DNA from: an uncultured Gammaproteobacteria bacterium
GTDB lineage: Bacteria > Pseudomonadota > Gammaproteobacteria > Natronospirales > JAIVGZ01
Direction of reading: 5' to 3'
DNA length: 64,000 nucleotides
NCBI GenBank assembly: GCA_964402835.1
Contig: CAYODZ010000187.1
Location: forward strand, 3,461 to 67,460
A program made the translations under genes and the position numbers. Shown one piece after another: positions 56,720-64,000 of this stretch. The notes under the pieces were generated by a model, which saw only the letters and a list, made by a program, of their open reading frames with translations, ran no database searches and was not told where the DNA came from. Within the stretch, counting starts at the first letter, position 1. The number at the start of each line of letters is the position of its first letter.

Positions 56720-57978
56720 AGCTACTTCACTTCACCGCCGCCGCTGTGCTCGCCACCGTCTCCACCTACGCAACCGCAGAAACCGTGGCCATCACGGGTG
56801 CGACGGTCCACACGATGACGCGCGCGGGCACGCTCAACGACGCGACCGTCGTCATCGTCGATGGTCAGCTTCGCGCAATCGGTAACGGCGTTGCGGTGCC
56901 CGATGGCGCGCGTGTGATTTCGGGGGATGGACTCGTCATAACGCCCGGACTCTTCGATGCATGGGGCGAGATGGGCCTTGTTGAAATCAGCGCTGTCGAC
57001 GGTACGAACGACTCCAGAGCGGAGGATACCGACTACGGTGCTGCGCTCAACGTCGCCGATGCGGTAAACCCGCGCTCGGAGCTCATCGCGGTCAATCGTA
57101 TCGAAGGGGTGACGCGCTCGGTCGTTGCGCCGACCGCCGATGGATACCTGATTGGCGGGCAAGCGATTGTGATTAACCTCGGTGGCGCCGGAGACTGGCT
57201 CGAGAAGAGCCCGGCCGCGCTCGCCGTTCAACTCGGCGAGCGCGGCGCCTCGCTGTCGGGCGGCTCACGCGCGGCCGCGCTTCTTGCACTGCGTGAAGCG
57301 TTGACTGACGCCCGTGATTACGGGCGTAATCGCTCGGCATTCGAACGCGGCTCGCGACGCGCCTACGCGCGCTCGCGGCTCGATCTTGAAGCGTTGCAAC
57401 CCGTGCTCAAGGGTGACATTCCCATCGTCGCGCTCGTGCACCGCGCTGCAGACATCGAAGCGTTGTTGCGGCTGAAGCGCGAGTTCAAGTTGCGGGTAAT
57501 CGTATCGGGCGGCGCCGAAGCATGGCTGGTCGCGGATCAGCTCGCAGCGGAATCCGTCCCGGTCATCGTCGACCCGCTGATGAATTTACCCGGTAGCTTC
57601 GAGCTGCTGCGCGCGACGGGTGAGAATGCCGCGCGTCTGCATGCCGCCGGCGTGAGCGTTGCGTTCGGGACCAACGATTCGCACAACGCGCGAAATCTTC
57701 GGCAGGCCGCGGGCAATGCCGTCGCCCGTGGGCTGCCGTGGGATGTCGCGCTCGCCGCGACCACGGTCACCGGCGCCCGCGCGTTCGGCATCGACGCGTC
57801 GCTCGAAGCGGGCAAGGTCGCCGACCTAGTCGTGTGGGACGGCGATCCGCTCGAACTGTCTAGTTTCCCCGTCGCGGTGTTCATCAATGGCGCGTCGATT
57901 CCACTGACCAGCAGGCAGACGGAGTTGCGCGACCGTTATTTGCGCAAGCCCGACGCGCTGCCACATTCCTACAGGTAA
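56716..57978 (+). CDS. exported amidohydrolase-superfamily enzyme, divergent partner of 55397..56719
   Basis: ORF 56578..57978 trimmed to ATG 56716 (ATGA overlap). Signal peptide [21 protein letters not shown]. Amidohydrolase fold, but the first metal motif is degenerate ([11 protein letters not shown] instead of HxH). Confidence 0.75.
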   Translation: MKLLHFTAAAVLATVSTYATAETVAITGATVHTMTRAGTLNDATVVIVDGQLRAIGNGVAVPDGARVISGDGLVITPGLFDAWGEMGLVEISAVDGTNDSRAEDTDYGAALNVADAVNPRSELIAVNRIEGVTRSVVAPTADGYLIGGQAIVINLGGAGDWLEKSPAALAVQLGERGASLSGGSRAAALLALREALTDARDYGRNRSAFERGSRRAYARSRLDLEALQPVLKGDIPIVALVHRAADIEALLRLKREFKLRVIVSGGAEAWLVADQLAAESVPVIVDPLMNLPGSFELLRATGENAARLHAAGVSVAFGTNDSHNARNLRQAAGNAVARGLPWDVALAATTVTGARAFGIDASLEAGKVADLVVWDGDPLELSSFPVAVFINGASIPLTSRQTELRDRYLRKPDALPHSYR

Positions 57979-57982
57979 CCTC

Positions 57983-58387
57983 ATGACTGGACTTACGATT
58001 ACTCCAATCTACGCGGCCGTCCTCGCGCTGCTCGTCGTCGGCCTCACGCTGCGCGTGGTTCGGCTTCGGTGGAAGTTCAAGGTCGGTATTGGTACCGGCG
58101 ACGAGCGCGACCTCGCAAAAGCGATCCGTGCGCACGGCAACGCGACCGAGACAATCCCGCTCGCACTCCTGCTCATGCTCCTGGTGGAGCTTGGCCAAGT
58201 GCCGGCGGTGGCCTTGCATTCGGCGGGCATTGCGCTCGTCATTGGACGCTTTGCGCATGCGTTCGGATTGAGCCAGCACGCAGGTACCTCGCCCGGCCGA
58301 ATGGCCGGAATGCTGCTCACGCTCCTGGTCGTGCTGTTTCTGACTGGCATCCTCATCGGGCGGGCCGTCTCATCGACGATGCACTGA
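57983..58387 (+). CDS. MAPEG family membrane protein
   Basis: 134 aa with four hydrophobic helices and a MAPEG-like motif (RAHGNATETIPLALLL). Confidence 0.7.
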   Translation: MTGLTITPIYAAVLALLVVGLTLRVVRLRWKFKVGIGTGDERDLAKAIRAHGNATETIPLALLLMLLVELGQVPAVALHSAGIALVIGRFAHAFGLSQHAGTSPGRMAGMLLTLLVVLFLTGILIGRAVSSTMH

Positions 58388-58821
58388 ACGCGGACCTACT
58401 CGCACGGCTGCATCAGATCGCAGCCGAGGCGCCGGTACCGCTCGAGATCCCGCCGCGCATTTTTCAGTCGCTCGGCGGTCACTTCACCGCATTCGACGCG
58501 GACGCTGCGTCGCTCTCCGCGCGGTTTCCCGTCAAGCAAGACTATCGGAACCCGTTAGGTTTCATGCAGGGCGGGATGATTATCGCCGCCATCGACAACA
58601 CCATGGGGCCGCTGTGCTTCCTCAGCGGATTTCTCGGGGTCTCCACCCAAATCAATACGACGTTCGTCCGCCCGGTCACCCCGACCGAGGAGTGGCTCGA
58701 CGTCGACGCTCGAATCGTTGAACGGACTGCAACGCTCGCGCAGGTGTCGGCGCGCGCCATCAACGGCGCCGGCAAGACCGTGGTGCTCTGCCAGGCTACG
58801 TTCGCGCTCGCGCGTCCATAG
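58384..58821 (+). CDS. PaaI-family hotdog-fold thioesterase
   Basis: The C-terminal part of ORF 58069..58821 has the PaaI pattern (NPLGFMQGGMIIAAIDNTMG). The frame has no ATG/GTG/TTG between the region overlapping the MAPEG gene and the conserved core. CTG at 58384-58386 overlaps the MAPEG stop as CTGA. The start is uncertain. Confidence 0.68.
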   Translation: MNADLLARLHQIAAEAPVPLEIPPRIFQSLGGHFTAFDADAASLSARFPVKQDYRNPLGFMQGGMIIAAIDNTMGPLCFLSGFLGVSTQINTTFVRPVTPTEEWLDVDARIVERTATLAQVSARAINGAGKTVVLCQATFALARP

Positions 58822-60145
58822 CGTCCGCTGTGACTGCGGCCGCGCGTCCGCGCGCCTGATCAACGAACAGGCATGCGATCGCCGCCGCCGCGAACAGCGC
58901 GATGCAGAAAAGAATCGCGCGATGCAGGCCGAACGACACCTGCAGCAGACCCAAACCAAAGATTCCGAACACCGCTGCCAGTTTTGACGACAACCCCCAG
59001 AAGCCAAAGAACTCGGCGGCTTTGGCGCGCGGCGACATCACCCCGACCAGCGCGCGTCCAGCCGATTGGCTCGAACCCAACGACAATCCGGCAAGACACC
59101 CAGCCACGAGAAACACGTGTTGCGCCTCCCACTGCTTATCGAACGCCTCGTTCACGATCGCGGTGACGCCGGGCGTCGCGTAGATGGCTGCGATTGCGAC
59201 AATCCAGAGGAGGAGCGTCGTGATGTAGGTGGTGCGCGCGCCGATGCGGTCCTGCAACAGGCCGAAGCCGAGCGCGCCGATCGCCGCGGTGATCTGCACC
59301 ACGATGAACATAATGTTGCGGACCGTGCCGCTCCAGCCGATGACCTGCGCGCCGTAAATAAACGCGAACGCGATGACGATGTAGACGCCGGCCATCGCGA
59401 AGAATACGGACACCATAAGAATCGCCATATCGCGTGATTCGCGGACCCTCGATACGGTGTGTGCGAGACGGCGCCAGCCGAGTCGCGCGAGCGATTCCCC
59501 CGCGGGGAGCGACTGACGCCGGCCGTGCTCGCGCAGCCACGCGAAAGTGGGAATCGCTGCGAGCAGGAAAAAGATACCGGCAAACGGCCCGACCCACCGG
59601 ATGCGCTCAAAATTCTCCGCGCTGACTTCACCGAGAAACACGAGCGTGAAACCGGCCGCGAATAATCCACCCACGTAGCCGAGCGCCCAGCCGAATCCCG
59701 ATATCCAGCCGAGTCGGTCGGGCGGGCCGAGGTCCGGAAGGAAGCTGGCGATGAACGACTCTCCGACCGAGTACGCGAAATTCGAAACGATGATGAGCGC
59801 GATACCCAGCCACACCGCGCCGGGTTCCACGAAGTAGAGCGCGCAGGTCGCGATAATCGTGAGCACATAACTGTGGAACAGGAAGCGCTTCTTCTGCGCG
59901 GTGAAGTCCATAATCGCGCCGAGCAATGGGCCGCAAGCCACGACAAGCAGGTAGCTGACGGCGAGCGCGCTGCTCCAAAGCAGGTTCGCTGTCCGGAACC
60001 CGTCCCCGCGGTCGCCGACGATCACGCGTACGAACAAGTCGCCGAAAACGACCGTGATAATCAGCAGCGTATAGGCCTGGTTCGCGAAATCGAACATTGC
60101 CCAGCCGAAAATTTCCTTGCGGCTGGCCTGTGCCGGGGCGGTCAT
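58796..60145 (-). CDS. MFS transporter (UMF1/Atg22-like family)
   Basis: 449 aa with about 12 TM helices. N-terminus IFGWAMFDFANQAYTLLI is typical of this family. Confidence 0.78.
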   Translation of the reverse strand: MTAPAQASRKEIFGWAMFDFANQAYTLLIITVVFGDLFVRVIVGDRGDGFRTANLLWSSALAVSYLLVVACGPLLGAIMDFTAQKKRFLFHSYVLTIIATCALYFVEPGAVWLGIALIIVSNFAYSVGESFIASFLPDLGPPDRLGWISGFGWALGYVGGLFAAGFTLVFLGEVSAENFERIRWVGPFAGIFFLLAAIPTFAWLREHGRRQSLPAGESLARLGWRRLAHTVSRVRESRDMAILMVSVFFAMAGVYIVIAFAFIYGAQVIGWSGTVRNIMFIVVQITAAIGALGFGLLQDRIGARTTYITTLLLWIVAIAAIYATPGVTAIVNEAFDKQWEAQHVFLVAGCLAGLSLGSSQSAGRALVGVMSPRAKAAEFFGFWGLSSKLAAVFGIFGLGLLQVSFGLHRAILFCIALFAAAAIACLFVDQARGRAAAVTADAMDARART

Positions 60146-60225
60146 ATGGGAATTAAAGCATGGAACTTTCCGTTGGCGCGCGGGTCAGGCAGAATCAAGC
60201 CTTTCACTTTTCAGGGGTCACTCCT

Positions 60226-62949
60226 ATGCGCCGCTCAATCCTCGCGCTATTGCTCTGCCTGATCGCCCTGCCGCTCTCTGCGGCGGAGACGCTCGACATC
60301 CCGTACACCCGCTACACGCTCGACAACGGCCTACGCCTGCTGGTGCACGTCGACAAGAAGGCGCCGATTGTTGCGGTCAACGTCTGGTATCACGTCGGCT
60401 CGAAAGACGAGAAGCCGGGCAAGACCGGGTTTGCACACCTGTTCGAGCACTTGATGTTCAATGGCTCCGAGAATCATGACGAGGATTGGTTCAAGTTGAT
60501 GCAGCGCATCGGCGCGACCGACCTAAACGGTACGACCAACGTCGACCGCACGAATTATTTCCAGAACGTCCCGGTTTCCGCGCTCGACACGGTGCTATGG
60601 ATGGAGTCCGACCGCATGGGCCACATGCTCGGCGCGGTCACGCAAGAAAAGCTCGACGAGCAGCGCGGCGTCGTCCAGAACGAAAAACGGCAGAGCGAAA
60701 ACCAGCCTTACGGCCGGGTCTGGGAGTTGGTGTTCACGAACGCGTTCCCGAAGGGTCATCCATATTCATGGCCGGTGATCGGCTTCATGGAAGACCTCGA
60801 GGCGGCGACGCTCGACGATGCGCATGACTGGTTCAAATCGTATTACGGCGCATCGAACGCCGTGCTCGTGGTCGCCGGCGACGTCGATCCCGATGCAGTG
60901 TTCGAGCGGGTAAAGCACTTCTTCGGCCATATCGCGCCGGGTCAACCGCTCCCGCGCCACGAAGCATGGGTCGCAAAGCGCGAGGGTGAGCACCGGATGG
61001 TGCTCGAAGATCGCGTTCCGCAGGCGCGTGTCTATAAAGTGTGGAACATCCCCGAAGAAGGTCACGTCGACACCGACCATCTCGCGCTGGTGTCGAGCAT
61101 GCTCACGAGCGGCAAGAACTCTCGTCTGTACGAAAGACTCGTGTACCGCGACCAGATTGCAACGGACGTGGGTTCGTTCGCGTATGGCATGGAGATCGCC
61201 GGCCTGTTCGTGATGTGGGCAACCGTACAGCCCGATGGCGACCTTGCGGCCGTCGAGAAGGCGATGGACGAGGAGGTCGCGCGGCTGCTCGCGCGCGGCG
61301 TGACGCGGAGCGAGCTTGACCGCGTACGCACGGGATACCGCGCCGGCTTTATCCGCGGTGCCGAGCGCATCGGCGGATTCGGCGGTAAATCGGATCTGCT
61401 CGCATCGGGCGAGGTGTATTTCAACGACCCGGACCAATACAAGGAAGGACTCGCGCGCATCGCGTCGGCGACGCCGCGCGACATCCAGCGCGTCGCCCAG
61501 CAGTGGCTGTCCGACGGCGTATTGGTTCTCGAGGTCACGCCGTACCCCGACTACAGCGTCGCCGAATCAACCGTCGACCGCAGTGCCGGTGCCCCGCGCC
61601 CCGATTCGTTCCCGACGGTGGATTTCCCGACGCCGGAGCGCGCGACGCTCTCCAACGGTCTCAAGGTCGAACTCGTGCAGCGCGACGCGGTCCCGGTCGT
61701 GAACATGACCTTCGTGTTCGATGCAGGCTACGCCGCCGACCAGTTCAGTGCCCCGGGCACCGCCGATCTCGCGGTCAGCATGCTCAATGAGGGTACGCGT
61801 CGGCGGAGCTCGCTCGAAATCAGCGACGAACTGCAGCGCCTCGGTGCAAGCATTTCCTCCGGCTCGAACCTTGATTTGTCGTATCTCGGGCTCTCCTCGC
61901 TCAAGGAGAACCTCGACAAGTCGCTCGACCTGTTCGCGGATGTCCTGCTCAATCCGACGTTCCCGGAAGCGGATTTCAAGCGCCGGCAACAGCAGCAGCT
62001 TGCGGCGATCCAGCGCGAAAAAGTCACGCCGGTGTCGATGGCATTGCGCGTAATGCCGCGCCTGCTCTATGGCGAAGACCATGCTTATTCGACGCCGCTG
62101 ACCGGTTCGGGTACGACCGAGTCGGTGACCGCGATGACGACGGCCGACCTGCGTGAGTTCCACGGCACTTGGTTCAAGCCGAATAATGCGACGCTCGTCG
62201 TGGTCGGTGACGTATCGATGTCAGAATTGCAGCCGCGACTGGAAAAGTTATTCAAAGGCTGGGCGCAGGGCGAAGTTCCGACGAAGAATGTCGGGGCGGT
62301 CGACCATCCACAAGGTGCGGTCTACCTCCTCGATCGACCGGACTCGATGCAGTCGATCATTTTCGCCGGGCAGCTCGCGCCACCGAAGGACAACCCGACT
62401 GAACTGGCCATCGGTACGATGAACCAGGCGCTCGGCGGTAACTTCAATGCACGGCTCAATATGAACCTGCGTGAGGACAAGGGCTGGTCGTATGGCGCGC
62501 GGACGCTGTTCATGGATGCGGCCGGGCAGCGCCCGCTGATCGCCTACGCGCCGGTCCAGTCCGACCGTACCGCCGACTCGATGCGCGAAATCTTGAATGA
62601 GCTGTCCGGCATCGTCGGCGATGCACCGGTCACGGACGAGGAACTTGCGAAGTCCGTAGACGGTCAGGTGCTTTCGCTGCCGGGTCGTTGGGAAACCGGC
62701 GGCGCGGTCGCGAGTTCCTTGATCGAGTCGATTCGGTTCGGGTACCCCGACAACTACTGGGATACCTATGGTGAGCGTCTGCGGGCGCTGAATCTCGCCG
62801 AAGTGCGAGAAGCAGCGGCATCGGTGCTGCGGCCGAAAGATCTCGTGTGGGTGGTGGTCGGCGATCGGAGCGAGATCGAGGGTCCGATCCGTGAACTCGG
62901 CTTCACCGATATCCGCTTCCTCGACGCCGATGGAAATCCCGTCGAATGA
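60226..62949 (+). CDS. exported M16 (pitrilysin/insulinase) family zinc peptidase, double-unit
   Basis: ORF 60160..62949 trimmed to ATG 60226 (signal peptide MRRSILALLLCLIALPLSAA). Inverted zinc motif HLFEH followed by ENE further along. The second M16-like half lacks the motif. Confidence 0.85.
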   Translation: MRRSILALLLCLIALPLSAAETLDIPYTRYTLDNGLRLLVHVDKKAPIVAVNVWYHVGSKDEKPGKTGFAHLFEHLMFNGSENHDEDWFKLMQRIGATDLNGTTNVDRTNYFQNVPVSALDTVLWMESDRMGHMLGAVTQEKLDEQRGVVQNEKRQSENQPYGRVWELVFTNAFPKGHPYSWPVIGFMEDLEAATLDDAHDWFKSYYGASNAVLVVAGDVDPDAVFERVKHFFGHIAPGQPLPRHEAWVAKREGEHRMVLEDRVPQARVYKVWNIPEEGHVDTDHLALVSSMLTSGKNSRLYERLVYRDQIATDVGSFAYGMEIAGLFVMWATVQPDGDLAAVEKAMDEEVARLLARGVTRSELDRVRTGYRAGFIRGAERIGGFGGKSDLLASGEVYFNDPDQYKEGLARIASATPRDIQRVAQQWLSDGVLVLEVTPYPDYSVAESTVDRSAGAPRPDSFPTVDFPTPERATLSNGLKVELVQRDAVPVVNMTFVFDAGYAADQFSAPGTADLAVSMLNEGTRRRSSLEISDELQRLGASISSGSNLDLSYLGLSSLKENLDKSLDLFADVLLNPTFPEADFKRRQQQQLAAIQREKVTPVSMALRVMPRLLYGEDHAYSTPLTGSGTTESVTAMTTADLREFHGTWFKPNNATLVVVGDVSMSELQPRLEKLFKGWAQGEVPTKNVGAVDHPQGAVYLLDRPDSMQSIIFAGQLAPPKDNPTELAIGTMNQALGGNFNARLNMNLREDKGWSYGARTLFMDAAGQRPLIAYAPVQSDRTADSMREILNELSGIVGDAPVTDEELAKSVDGQVLSLPGRWETGGAVASSLIESIRFGYPDNYWDTYGERLRALNLAEVREAAASVLRPKDLVWVVVGDRSEIEGPIRELGFTDIRFLDADGNPVE

Positions 62950-64000
62950 GGGGTGCGCTCGCGGTGGTGTTGTTCGCCGCCTGTACTGCGGCAGGTGCGC
63001 AGGCGCCGTTGTCGGACGCGGTCATCGAAGGTGCTGCGGCCGTCCGTGACCGCGCGCTCGAGGACAATCGGGCACACGCGACCTTGACGGCGTTGTTGAC
63101 CGAGGTTGGGCCCCGTTTCGCCGGGACGCCCGGTGACCAGGTAGCGGTCGCGTGGGCGTTGCGCGCCTTGCGGGATGCCGGCCTCGACAATGTCCGCGCG
63201 GAACCGGTCGAGGTACCGCGCTGGGTCCGGGGTCACATCGCGGTCGAGATTACGGCGCCGTACCCGCAATCGTTGGTCGCAGTCGCACTCGGCGGCAGCG
63301 TTGGCACGCCGGACGGCGGCATCGAGGCGCCGGTGCTGATGGTTGCGGACCTCGATGAGCTTAAGTCACTGCCAGAGACGGCCGTGGCCGGCAAAATCGT
63401 GTTCTTCAACAAGCGCATGGAGCGTCGCGAGGACGGGGCCGGCTACGGGCAGACCGTGCCGGCGCGTACGCAGGGTCCAGCGGAAGCGGGGGCACGCGGT
63501 GCCGTTGGTGTAGTGATTCGCTCGGTCGGGACCTCGGACGAGCGCGTCGCGCATACCGGCGCAACGCGCTACAAGGAAGGCGTCGCAAAGATCCCGGCCG
63601 CATCGTTGTCGAATCCCGATGCCGATACGCTCGCGCGGCAACTCGCGACCGGCCGTCAGGTCACGGTGCGCCTCGACATCGGTGCCCGTGAGCTTTCACC
63701 CGGGCGGTCCGCCAATGTGATTGGTGAACTGCCTGGCCGCGGGCCCCACGCGGACGAACTCGTTCTTCTCGGTGCACATCTCGATTCATGGGACATCACG
63801 CCGGGCGCACATGATGATGCGGCCGGCGTCGCGATCGTGACCGAAGTGGTGCGGCTGCTCGCCGCGGAGCGTCGGCGGCCGGCCGGGCGTACGATTCGGG
63901 TCGTGCTGTTCGCCAACGAAGAGTTCGGGCTCAGCGGCGCGCGCGCGTACGCGGACGCTCGCGAGAGCGAAATTGCCCGTCATGCGATTGCGATTGAAGC
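62946..64000 (+). CDS. exported M28 family peptidase with PA domain (3' end outside the window)
   Basis: This ORF is not in the ORF track because it runs off the end. My translation from ATG 62946 (ATGA overlap with the M16 stop) gives MRGALAVVLFAACTAAGAQA...LLGAHLDSWDITPGAHDDAAGVAIV...VLFANEEFGLSGARAY, which carries M28 metal-ligand motifs. Confidence 0.75.
   Translation, partial: MRGALAVVLFAACTAAGAQAPLSDAVIEGAAAVRDRALEDNRAHATLTALLTEVGPRFAGTPGDQVAVAWALRALRDAGLDNVRAEPVEVPRWVRGHIAVEITAPYPQSLVAVALGGSVGTPDGGIEAPVLMVADLDELKSLPETAVAGKIVFFNKRMERREDGAGYGQTVPARTQGPAEAGARGAVGVVIRSVGTSDERVAHTGATRYKEGVAKIPAASLSNPDADTLARQLATGRQVTVRLDIGARELSPGRSANVIGELPGRGPHADELVLLGAHLDSWDITPGAHDDAAGVAIVTEVVRLLAAERRRPAGRTIRVVLFANEEFGLSGARAYADARESEIARHAIAIE

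Overview
This is a high-GC window (roughly mid-60s % by eye, not computed) with very dense gene packing. It looks like core chromosome of a gammaproteobacterium. Several synteny blocks are recognisable from memory. Shared with E. coli: yibN-grxC-secB-gpsA divergent from gpmI-envC-(ctpA)-yibQ, ubiE-ubiJ-ubiB, and dapF-yigA-xerC. Shared with Pseudomonas: algZ-algR-hemC-hemD-hemX-hemY. I call 62 CDS, one of them an end-truncated M28 peptidase that is absent from the ORF track. Many ORF-track starts were trimmed or extended from homology and from stop/start overlap logic. I found no rRNA, tRNA, CRISPR array, IS/transposase, prophage or obvious foreign island. By my calls only about 1.5 kb (about 2-3%) is non-coding. 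Most neighbouring genes touch or overlap through ATGA, GTGA, TGATG or TAATG junctions. The most unusual items are these. (1) An unannotated ~245-nt structured repeat is present twice in the same orientation (2572-2818 and 48300-48545), filling the only two sizeable spacers, and its GC hairpin shows a compensatory base-pair change between the copies. (2) Three well-supported genes (mshI-like, gpsA, a PaaI thioesterase) have no ATG/GTG/TTG available and appear to start at CTG, twice as a CTGA stop/start overlap. (3) A DAK2(FakA-like)-DegV single polypeptide could be a one-chain fatty acid kinase. (4) A five-gene, translationally coupled operon mixes three exported peptidases (M14, M28, S9) with a cytoplasmic esterase and a Cys/Met-family PLP enzyme. 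(5) There are tiny bidirectional promoter regions, one pair of divergent genes whose start codons overlap, and a 12-gene string with no spacer longer than 5 nt. All family assignments come from motif and sequence recognition by eye, because no searches could be run.
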